64,000 nt of DNA, from positions 29,284 to 93,283 of the forward strand of contig CAZKZI010000001.1 of assembly GCA_964557205.1 (NCBI GenBank), given 5' to 3'. This DNA is from an uncultured Lentisphaeraceae bacterium. Lineage in GTDB: Bacteria; Verrucomicrobiota; Kiritimatiellia; RFP12; UBA1067. Positions within the stretch are counted from its first letter, which is position 1. Each line of letters starts with the position of its first letter. This document shows, one piece after another, positions 1 to 8,056 of this stretch. The notes below the pieces were generated by a model. It was not told where the DNA came from and ran no database searches. It worked only from the letters and a program-made list of their open reading frames with translations. Both the position numbers and the translations under genes were made by a program.

Positions 1-272
1 ATAGTATGGTTAAACACTTCAGGGAGCTGAAAGAAGGGCGAGTCTCGCGGGACGGGAATTCTTCAAGATAAAGCCCGGTCGCCTCTCGGAGGTTTTCAAC
101 CCCGAATTTTTATGTGGCGGCATGATTTCTGCGCTCCCCCTGCAATCCCAGTGCATACTTATGCAATCCTAAGGCATATCCTTTGGTTTGGTTCCAGGCC
201 TATTTTCGTGGTAGAATGGTATCATAGATGTAGAAGGAATGCATGTTAATCCGTCTTGAAGGGTTGTAAACA

Positions 273-1274
273 ATGAAGAACATCGGGATCGCTGCCGGGG
301 TAATGATTTCTGTTGGCTGTGCGCAGGCGGATGCGGTTGTTTCGTCAGTGTTCCTCGGCGACCCGCTGCCGACGCCGTCGTGCCACGCCTCGACGATAAC
401 GGAGACTTCGGGGGGGATGGTGGCGGCGTGGTTCGGCGGCACACATGAGCAGCACCCGGATGTGGGCATCTGGCTGGCGCGGCAGGAGAGCGGAAAATGG
501 CTGCCCGCGCGGGAGGTTGCGAACGGTGTGCAGCCGGACGGCACGCGTCACCCTTGCTGGAACCCGGTGCTCTATACGGCCAAGGACGGGACGCTGGTGT
601 TGTTCTATAAGGTCGGGGCGGACTGCACATGGTGGTGGGGCGAGCGCATGGTCTCGCGCGACGGGGGTAAAACCTGGTCCGTGCCGGTCAAGCTGCCGAA
701 CGGCATGATCGGCCCGATCAAGAACAAGCCGCTGGCTTTGCCGGACGGGCGTGTGCTGTGCGGAGCCAGCACCGAGTTCGGTCCGTGGCTGGTGCATGTC
801 GAGACGACCGACGACGCGGGTGCGGTCTGGTCGCGCACGGGAAACCTGCACGGGCGGCACATCAACGCGATCCAGCCGAGTTTTCTGACACATCCGGATA
901 ACGTGCTGCAGATGGTCGGGCGGACAAAGGAGAAGCGGGTCTTCTCGATCTTCTCCAGTGACGGTGGCGCGACATGGGGCGAGATGACACTGCTGGAGGT
1001 GCCGAACCCGTGTTCGGGGACCGATGCGGTGACGCTCAAGGACGGACGGCACCTGCTGGTCTGCAATCCGGTGGAGAAGGGGCGTTCGCCGCTGTCGGTA
1101 ATGCTCTCCGGCGACGGCGTCAAGTGGCGCGAGGCGCTGGTTCTCGAAGACGAGCCCGGCAAGGAGTTCTCTTATCCGGCAGTGATTCAGGCGGCGGACG
1201 GCAAAGTGCATGTGACGTACACATGGAAGCGGAAAAACGTGCGGCATGTTGTGATCGATACGACGAAACTATAA
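273..1274 (+). CDS. BNR/Asp-box repeat exo-alpha-sialidase-like glycoside hydrolase (GH33-like), probable lipoprotein
   Basis: 333-aa ORF. N-terminal signal with Cys (ISVGCAQ). Asp-box motifs SRDGGKTWS and SSDGGATWG. Overall sialidase beta-propeller-like composition. Antisense ORF 345..1247 judged spurious. Confidence 0.75.
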   Translation: MKNIGIAAGVMISVGCAQADAVVSSVFLGDPLPTPSCHASTITETSGGMVAAWFGGTHEQHPDVGIWLARQESGKWLPAREVANGVQPDGTRHPCWNPVLYTAKDGTLVLFYKVGADCTWWWGERMVSRDGGKTWSVPVKLPNGMIGPIKNKPLALPDGRVLCGASTEFGPWLVHVETTDDAGAVWSRTGNLHGRHINAIQPSFLTHPDNVLQMVGRTKEKRVFSIFSSDGGATWGEMTLLEVPNPCSGTDAVTLKDGRHLLVCNPVEKGRSPLSVMLSGDGVKWREALVLEDEPGKEFSYPAVIQAADGKVHVTYTWKRKNVRHVVIDTTKL

Positions 1275-1299
1275 TGCGATACACGAAAGGAAAAGCCAA

Positions 1300-2529
1300 A
1301 TGACGACAAAACGAGCAATCAGCATGTTGATCATGTGTTTAGCGGGTATTGTGGCTGTGGGCGCACTGGCTGATACCCCGGAAATTACGGGCGTGACAGT
1401 GCGGCAGCGCTGGCCGTGGAGCCGGCTGGTGGACATTGATTATGTCCTGACCTGTAACCCGACGCAGCGGGTGGACATTGCTGTACATGCCTATAACGGG
1501 TCGGAGAAACTCTTTTTTCCCTTAGATGCTTTATCCGGTGATCTGATGAATATCGGACAGGGTGCCAAGCGCATCGTCTTGGATCCCGTTAAAACCGGCT
1601 ACACGAACGAAGCGCTCACGCAGTTCAGCGTGGAACTGACACCGACTGATCCGCCCGTTTACATGATCGTGGATCTGACCAGGGATGCGGGGACGGAAGG
1701 CCAGATCGAGTATGTGTACGAAGCGGATTTGACGAACGGCTTCTGGGGTTCCTGGGAGAGAAACCCGATTACAAATGAGACTGGAGAGGCCCTTGTCGAG
1801 TCTGTCATCTGGACCGGCGTGACGACCAATGCTATCTATAAGACGGACAAGCTCGTTCTGAGACGCGCGTCGGCGGGCTCCTTCACAATGGGAGATCCAC
1901 CCGGGACTTTGACGGAGGTAGATGAAGATTTCTACGTGAGCGTGTTCGCTGTGACTCAAGCGCAATGGGACAAGGTCACGGGAGGGAGCAGTACAGCCGT
2001 TACGCCTAAAGCGGCTTTGTCTTACAATGCCCTTCGGGGTGCGACGACAAACTCGCCCGCTGTTGACTGGCCCGAGACAGAATCCTATGTCGCGCCTGCC
2101 AGTTTCATAGCCAGGCTCCGAAATAAGACCGGTATCACCGACTTCGACCTGCCCACGCAAACGCAGTGGGAGTATGCGTGCCGGGCGGAAACAACAACCT
2201 ACTACAACGATGGCATAGAGGGGGACATCACAACCTACACCAACCGATTGGACAATCTGGCGTGGTGGAAAAACAACAGTGGTGGCGGTATAAAGGAAGT
2301 CGGGCTGAAGACCGCGAATGCCTGGGGGTTGTACGATATGCACGGCAATGTCTGGGAGTGGTGTCTGGATTGGTTTGATATATCATGCACGCAGCGCTAT
2401 ACGCGGGGCGGGGACAGACGTGTCGACTTCGATATCTGCCGTTCAGGGTTTAATGACAACGGTGGCGATCCGTCTGTCGGACAAAGCGGTTTCGGCTTGC
2501 GTCTTGTCCGAACACTGGAATGCCCTTGA
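1300..2529 (+). CDS. secreted protein with C-terminal formylglycine-generating-enzyme (FGE/SUMF1-type) domain and uncharacterised N-terminal domain
   Basis: 409 aa with signal peptide. Hallmark FGE-sulfatase motifs FTMGDPPG...VSVFAVTQAQW and GLYDMHGNVWEWCLDWF in the C-terminal half. N-terminal ~180 aa are not recognisable. Confidence 0.7.
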   Translation: MTTKRAISMLIMCLAGIVAVGALADTPEITGVTVRQRWPWSRLVDIDYVLTCNPTQRVDIAVHAYNGSEKLFFPLDALSGDLMNIGQGAKRIVLDPVKTGYTNEALTQFSVELTPTDPPVYMIVDLTRDAGTEGQIEYVYEADLTNGFWGSWERNPITNETGEALVESVIWTGVTTNAIYKTDKLVLRRASAGSFTMGDPPGTLTEVDEDFYVSVFAVTQAQWDKVTGGSSTAVTPKAALSYNALRGATTNSPAVDWPETESYVAPASFIARLRNKTGITDFDLPTQTQWEYACRAETTTYYNDGIEGDITTYTNRLDNLAWWKNNSGGGIKEVGLKTANAWGLYDMHGNVWEWCLDWFDISCTQRYTRGGDRRVDFDICRSGFNDNGGDPSVGQSGFGLRLVRTLECP

Positions 2530-2540
2530 CCTGAGCGGTT

Positions 2541-3977
2541 TTGGGGATGAATAAAAAAACCATAATGGCCTTGGGGGTTTTGTCGGCTGGGGTTTTATGG
2601 GCTAGTCCGCTCATTCACTCTGATTGTGCGAACGACCGGAAGGCGCCCTTGGTCTGGGACCGTCCGAAGGAGTTTGATCCCGGCAAGCCGCATCTCGGCC
2701 TGCCGGTACTGACAGGCGCAACCCATCGTGTGCTTTACGATCCGCTCCCGAGCGAGGCCGACAAGACCGGACGCTACGAAAGTCTGCGGCACGGCACTTA
2801 TAACCACCATCAAAGTTTTGTCCGCTACAAGGATCGGGTGATCGTACTGTGGACCAATCACATGCGGGATGAAAACGGTCCGGGAATGCGTTTTTTGGCG
2901 AAGACCGGACGACTGGCGGCAGACGAGTCGGATATCGATTGGGGCAAAGACGAGACGCTTTCGGAAATCGGCCCGTCCGCGCATCCGGTGCGGCGGCGCC
3001 GAAACAAGGACGACACTTCAGTGATCGACGGGATTTTCGTCAACTCGGGGCTGGAAGTTCTGGAAGACGGACGCCTGTTCGTCTCGACAAGTCTGAAAGT
3101 CTGCGACGGCTGGGCGGATGACATTCAATATCATGTGGGGCAGGGACTGCGGGAACCGATACCGGATGAGCATTACGAGGCTTATAAAACTGTTGGGCCT
3201 GACCGTAAGCGGGGGTTCCGCTGGGACATCTACTGGTACGTGGGGCGTTACTTGCAGCAGGTGGAGATGGATGATGCGGGCAGGATCAAGCCTGCGGGAC
3301 AGATGTATGTAGTCGGAAAACCGCCGAAGACTGAAATGCGCCTGACCCCGACAATCACCAAAAAACTCTTGCCGCTGAATGAACCCTACCGCAGCGCGGT
3401 GCCATACGGGAAGGCGCCTGAAGAGTTGCGGAGCGCCTATTCCACGGGGCGGAGGGTTGCATCCTGCGGGCGTACGCCGCGATACGCGCCCGGCACATTC
3501 AAACTGGCGGAAAACGGTAAAAACGGCTTGTTCCACAACACGGAGTTTGTTCGTCCGGACGGCATGTGGGTCGCGGTGCGGGACAATCTGCTCGATACGG
3601 AAATATATTACGCGGCAGTTAAAGGCGACAAAGACGGGTTTTATCCGCCGGGGCGCAGAACCAACATGTTCGGAGGCGTCATGCCGGTGGCAGGCGAGCT
3701 GCCGAGCGGCGCGGTCTGGCTGATCGGCAGCAACCTGAACCGCACGGAGGCCTTCATCACGCTCGCAAAGGACGGTATTCATTTCAACAAAACGTGGTCG
3801 CTGCTTTCGCTGAATCTAAAGGCCACGCTAGGCATCTGCAAGGGTAGCGGCGGCGCGCAGTATTTCAGACAGATCACTATCGGACCGAACATCTGGGTCG
3901 TGTACAGTATTGCCAAGGAACAGGTTGGGATCACGAAGATTCCAGTCGCGTTGCTGGAACAAAAATTGAAGGAATGA
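2541..3977 (+). CDS. secreted hypothetical protein, tandem paralog A (unknown fold; possibly a glycan-active beta-propeller)
   Basis: 478 aa with signal peptide. Long collinear identity with the next ORF, e.g. HRVLYDPLPSEADKTGRYESLRHGTYNHHQ and GPNIWVVYSIAKEQVGITKIPVALLEQKLK in both. No family recognised by eye. Confidence 0.6.
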   Translation: MGMNKKTIMALGVLSAGVLWASPLIHSDCANDRKAPLVWDRPKEFDPGKPHLGLPVLTGATHRVLYDPLPSEADKTGRYESLRHGTYNHHQSFVRYKDRVIVLWTNHMRDENGPGMRFLAKTGRLAADESDIDWGKDETLSEIGPSAHPVRRRRNKDDTSVIDGIFVNSGLEVLEDGRLFVSTSLKVCDGWADDIQYHVGQGLREPIPDEHYEAYKTVGPDRKRGFRWDIYWYVGRYLQQVEMDDAGRIKPAGQMYVVGKPPKTEMRLTPTITKKLLPLNEPYRSAVPYGKAPEELRSAYSTGRRVASCGRTPRYAPGTFKLAENGKNGLFHNTEFVRPDGMWVAVRDNLLDTEIYYAAVKGDKDGFYPPGRRTNMFGGVMPVAGELPSGAVWLIGSNLNRTEAFITLAKDGIHFNKTWSLLSLNLKATLGICKGSGGAQYFRQITIGPNIWVVYSIAKEQVGITKIPVALLEQKLKE

Positions 3978-4004
3978 GGAAATCCGCGGGGAAGGTAAGG
4001 ACGT

Positions 4005-5408
4005 ATGATGTTTTTCAGAAGTGGTCTTGCGGCGCTGGCCGCCGCGCTGGTTTGCGCGGAGGAGCCCCCGTTGGTCTGGAAGCAGCCTGCCGGGTTCGAT
4101 CCCGGTAAGGCGGGACTGGGCCTGCCGGTGCTTACGGGGACGACCCATCGGGTGCTTTACGATCCGCTTCCGAGCGAGGCCGACAAGACCGGGCGCTATG
4201 AAAGTCTGCGCCACGGGACGTATAACCACCATCAAACGTTTTTCCGTTATAACAACCGTGTGATTATACGGTGGACCAACCACATGCAGGATGAAAATGG
4301 CCCCGGACAACGCTGCCTGGCGAAGACCGGACGGCTGACGGAAGACGGATCGGATATTGACTGGGGCGGGGACGAGACACTCTCCGAGCTGTGTCCGCCC
4401 CCGCATCCTGTACGCCGCCGCAGGAGCGCGGACACCAATTCCGTGATAGACGGGTTATTCGCCACAGCAGGACTTCATATACTGGAAGACGGGCAGATGT
4501 TTGTTTCTGTCCAGGTGAAACTCTGTGAGGGCTGGACGGATGACCTGAAATATCACACCGGCCTTTCGGAGCCGGTTCCGGACGAACACTACAATCCGGG
4601 ACCCGACCGGAAGCGGGGTTTCAAGTGGGATATTTACTGGAAGATGGGTAATTACCTGCGGCAGGTCGAGATGGATGATACGGGCAGGATCATGCCGATT
4701 GGACCGATGTACATCATAGGAAAGCCGCCGCTTACAACGGAGTTGCAGATCACCCCGACGATCGCCAAAAAAATATTGCCTATGAACGAGCCCTACCGCA
4801 GCGCGGTGCCTTATGAGACCGCGCCTAAAGAGATCAGGGACGCCTATTCCAAGGGGCCAAGGGTTCCGTCTTGCAGACGTTCGCTAAAGTATGCACCGGG
4901 CACGTCTCTGCTGGCCGAGAACGGTAAGAACGGGTTGATGCACAGTACAGAGTTTGTCCGTCCGGACGGAAAATGGGTTGCGGTGCGGGACAACCTGCTG
5001 GATCTCAGGATTTATTACGCGGCGGTCAAGGACAAGCAAGACGAGGTTTATCCGCCGGGGCGCAGGACCAACCTTTTTGGGGCCGTGATGCCGGTCGCGG
5101 GAGAATTGCCGAGCGGCGCGGTCTGGCTGATCGGCAGCAATCTGAGCCGTACAGAGGCTTACATCACGCTCGCCAAGGACGGTATTCATTTCGAAAAAAC
5201 ATGGTCGCTGCTATCTTCACAGAATCTCAGAGCCATGCATGGCATCAGTAAGGCATCGTCCGGCATCTGCAAAGGCGGTGACGGCGCGCAGTATTTTCAT
5301 TCAGTGACTATCGGACCGAACATCTGGGTCGTGTACAGTATTGCCAAGGAACAGGTGGGGATCACGAAGATTCCGGTCGCGTTGTTGGAACAGAAGCTGA
5401 AAAAGTAA
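4005..5408 (+). CDS. secreted hypothetical protein, tandem paralog B
   Basis: 467 aa, roughly 65-70% identical to the 2541..3977 product over its full length. Signal peptide MMFFRSGLAALAAALVCA. Confidence 0.6.
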   Translation: MMFFRSGLAALAAALVCAEEPPLVWKQPAGFDPGKAGLGLPVLTGTTHRVLYDPLPSEADKTGRYESLRHGTYNHHQTFFRYNNRVIIRWTNHMQDENGPGQRCLAKTGRLTEDGSDIDWGGDETLSELCPPPHPVRRRRSADTNSVIDGLFATAGLHILEDGQMFVSVQVKLCEGWTDDLKYHTGLSEPVPDEHYNPGPDRKRGFKWDIYWKMGNYLRQVEMDDTGRIMPIGPMYIIGKPPLTTELQITPTIAKKILPMNEPYRSAVPYETAPKEIRDAYSKGPRVPSCRRSLKYAPGTSLLAENGKNGLMHSTEFVRPDGKWVAVRDNLLDLRIYYAAVKDKQDEVYPPGRRTNLFGAVMPVAGELPSGAVWLIGSNLSRTEAYITLAKDGIHFEKTWSLLSSQNLRAMHGISKASSGICKGGDGAQYFHSVTIGPNIWVVYSIAKEQVGITKIPVALLEQKLKK

Positions 5409-5416
5409 GGAGAAAA

Positions 5417-6331
5417 ATGTTGCCGAAACCTTTAAGGGGGGTGGTGCCGCCGATGGTCACCCCGTTGCTGGATAACGCTACGCTGGACGTTAAAGGTCTG
5501 GAGCGTCTGGTGGAGCATATGCTGGAGGGGCATATACACGGCCTGTTCCTGCTGGGGACGACGGGCGAGGCGCCGGACCTGAGTTACGAGCTGCGGCACG
5601 AACTGGTCAAAAGGGTCTGCAAGCTGGTGAAGGGACGCGTGCCGGTGCTGGTGGGCGTGACCGACACGGTATTCAAGGAAAGCCTGCGTCTGGCGGTCAC
5701 GGCCGCGGAGGCGGGGGCGGTGGCGGCGGTGGCCGCGCCGCCGTACTATTTCGCGCCGGGACAGCCGGAACTGGTCGAGTATTACAACCATCTGGCCGAC
5801 AGCCTGCCCTTGCCGCTGTTCCTCTACAACATGCCCTCGCACACGAAGGTCATGATCGACCCGTACACGGTCAAGGCGCTTGCGGGAAACGCGAATATCG
5901 TCGGCATCAAAGACAGCTCGGCGAATATCGTCTATTTCAACGCCGTGCGGCATATCCTGCGGGAACGCGCGGACTTCTCGGTGTTGCTGGGGCCGGAAGA
6001 GGCTTTGGGCGAAGTGGTGCTGATGGGCGCGCACGGCGGGGTGTGCGGCGGCGCAAACATCTTTCCACAGTTGTTCGTGGACGTTTACAATGCCGCGGTC
6101 GCCAGGGATGTGCGGCTGGTGCTGGAACTGCAGGAACGCGTCATGACCGTCAGCAGCTCGCTTTACGGGGTCGGCAGGCACATGTCTAGCTTCTTGAAAG
6201 GTGTGAAGTGCTCGCTGGATCTGATGGGTATATGCAGCGATTACATGGCGGATCCTTTCAGCCGCTTTCGCGAGGAGGAGCGCTCCATCATACGCGAGCG
6301 CCTGATCGCGCTGGGCGTGAAGGTGAAGTGA
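5417..6331 (+). CDS. dihydrodipicolinate synthase/N-acetylneuraminate lyase family (class I aldolase) protein, NanA-like paralog
   Basis: 304 aa. DapA/NanA-family motifs (GLFLLGTTGE, IVGIKDSS Schiff-base lysine context). A separate bona fide dapA lies at 61575..62444. Confidence 0.8.
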   Translation: MLPKPLRGVVPPMVTPLLDNATLDVKGLERLVEHMLEGHIHGLFLLGTTGEAPDLSYELRHELVKRVCKLVKGRVPVLVGVTDTVFKESLRLAVTAAEAGAVAAVAAPPYYFAPGQPELVEYYNHLADSLPLPLFLYNMPSHTKVMIDPYTVKALAGNANIVGIKDSSANIVYFNAVRHILRERADFSVLLGPEEALGEVVLMGAHGGVCGGANIFPQLFVDVYNAAVARDVRLVLELQERVMTVSSSLYGVGRHMSSFLKGVKCSLDLMGICSDYMADPFSRFREEERSIIRERLIALGVKVK

Positions 6332-6440
6332 ATAGTTAAGAGTGATAATTCTCATACGGGTTGAGAGTAGAGAGTTGAATGTTGGAAGGTGAGAGTTCAG
6401 GAAAACGTTCAACGTTCAACGTTGATTGACAGGGAGGGGT

Positions 6441-7928
6441 ATGCCGGGGTTGGCGCTGGTTGATCTTTTGGTGTTTGCGGCCTATATGGCGGGGGTGATC
6501 CTGTTCGGGTGCTCCTTCTATTTCCGCAAGGGGGCGCGGCAGGCGGCGACTTTCACGTCGGGGGCTGGCAGGCTGCCAGCCTGGGCGGTGGGGATGTCGA
6601 TCTTCGCGACTTTCGTGAGCAGCATCAGCTTTCTGGGGCTGCCGGCCAAGGCTTACACCGGCAACTGGAACGCCTTTGTCTTCAGCCTGACGATACCGGT
6701 GGCGGCTTGGATGGCGGCGCGCTTTTTCGTGCCGCTTTACCGGGGTATCGGCAGCGTTTCGGCCTACAGCTATCTGGAGACGCGTTTCGGGCCGTGGGCG
6801 CGGGTGTACGCTTCGCTCTGCTATCTGGTGACGCAGGTGGCGCGGATGGGCACGATCATGTATCTGCTGGCGTTGCCGCTGAACGCGCTGTTGGGGTGGC
6901 CGGTTCCGCTGATCATTCTGGTGACGGGCGTGGGGGTGCTGCTGTATTCAACGATGGGCGGCATCCAGGCTGTAATCTGGACGGATGCAGTGCAGGGGAT
7001 CGTACTGATCGCGGGGACGTTGCTGTGTCTGATGGTGCTGCTTTTCTCCTTGCCGGGCGGGCCGGGGCAGGCGTGGGAAATCGCGGTGGCGGCGGACAAG
7101 TTCAGCCTTGGGAGCTGGAGCCTGACGGATTGGGGCAGCGAGACCTTCTGGGTCTGTTTCATATACGGCGTGTTCATGAACCTGCAGAACTACGGTATCG
7201 ACCAGAACTACATCCAGCGTTACATGACCGCGCGGAATCAGCGCGACGCGGTGCGCTCGACGCTGTTCGGATCGTTGCTGTACGTGCCGGTCTCGTTCCT
7301 CTTTTTCGCGATCGGCACCGCGCTTTTCGCCTATTATCAGGCGCGTCCGGAGCTTCTGCCGCTTGAGGTGGCGGCGCGGCCGGACCAGGTTTTGCCGTTC
7401 TTTATCGTGCGGGGCTTGCCGAAAGGGGTTACGGGCTTGCTGATAGCGGCGATTTTCGCGGCAGGCATGAGCACGATCTCGACAAGCTTGAACAGCGGCA
7501 CAACGATCTTGTTGGAGGATTACTACAAGCGCTATGTCAACCGTGACGCGGATGACGCGCAGTCGCTGCGGGTGTTGCGTGTGGGAACGCTGGTGTTGGC
7601 GGCGTTGGGCGTGGGGTGCGCGTTGGCGATGATGCGTGTGCGCAGCGCCTTGGACGCCTGGTGGGCTTTGTCATCGGTTTTCAGCGGCGGTATGCTGGGA
7701 TTGTTCCTGTTGGGCTACTTCTCGAAAAAAGCGCGTAATTTCGAAGCGGCCATCGGCGCCGTGTTGGGGATCATGGTGATCGCCTGGATCAGCCTGATGC
7801 AGAAAATGTGGCCGCTGCCGGTCAAGATCCACACGAATCTGTCGATCGTGTTGGGCACGACGGTGATTTTTGTGTCGGGGTTCGCGCTGGCGGCGTTGCG
7901 CGGCAGGTGTCACGCAAGAAGGCAGTAG
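6441..7928 (+). CDS. sodium:solute symporter (SSS family) transporter
   Basis: ~495 aa polytopic membrane protein with SSS-family topology and composition. ATG at 6441 is preceded by GGGAGGGG RBS. The track start 6426 is a TTG. Confidence 0.8.
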   Translation: MPGLALVDLLVFAAYMAGVILFGCSFYFRKGARQAATFTSGAGRLPAWAVGMSIFATFVSSISFLGLPAKAYTGNWNAFVFSLTIPVAAWMAARFFVPLYRGIGSVSAYSYLETRFGPWARVYASLCYLVTQVARMGTIMYLLALPLNALLGWPVPLIILVTGVGVLLYSTMGGIQAVIWTDAVQGIVLIAGTLLCLMVLLFSLPGGPGQAWEIAVAADKFSLGSWSLTDWGSETFWVCFIYGVFMNLQNYGIDQNYIQRYMTARNQRDAVRSTLFGSLLYVPVSFLFFAIGTALFAYYQARPELLPLEVAARPDQVLPFFIVRGLPKGVTGLLIAAIFAAGMSTISTSLNSGTTILLEDYYKRYVNRDADDAQSLRVLRVGTLVLAALGVGCALAMMRVRSALDAWWALSSVFSGGMLGLFLLGYFSKKARNFEAAIGAVLGIMVIAWISLMQKMWPLPVKIHTNLSIVLGTTVIFVSGFALAALRGRCHARRQ

Positions 7929-8056
7929 AGATTAGTAGCCTCCCACCCGGGATTCCGGAAATGAACGAGGTGGCAACGGTTATCAACGAATTAACCGAAT
8001 GAGACGAATTATAATTAGCGTAATTCGGTGATAAAACTTGAAGTTGCCGACAAGGT

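Noticed and set aside
345-1247. 300-aa antisense ORF fully overlapping the sialidase-like gene
   Set aside because: High-GC genomes generate long spurious antisense ORFs. The product is low-complexity Arg/Pro-rich. The sense ORF has clear Asp-box motifs.
5432-6412. 326-aa minus-strand ORF overlapping the DHDPS-family gene
   Set aside because: Arg/His-rich composition typical of GC-rich antisense frames. The plus-strand product has canonical aldolase motifs.
6509-7366. 285-aa alternate-frame ORF inside the SSS transporter gene
   Set aside because: Gly/Arg-rich frame artefact. The transporter frame encodes coherent TM helices.
7929-8056. Hairpin accgaat...attcggt downstream of the SSS transporter
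   Set aside because: 7-bp stem with 23-nt loop and no U-tract. Too weak to call a terminator.
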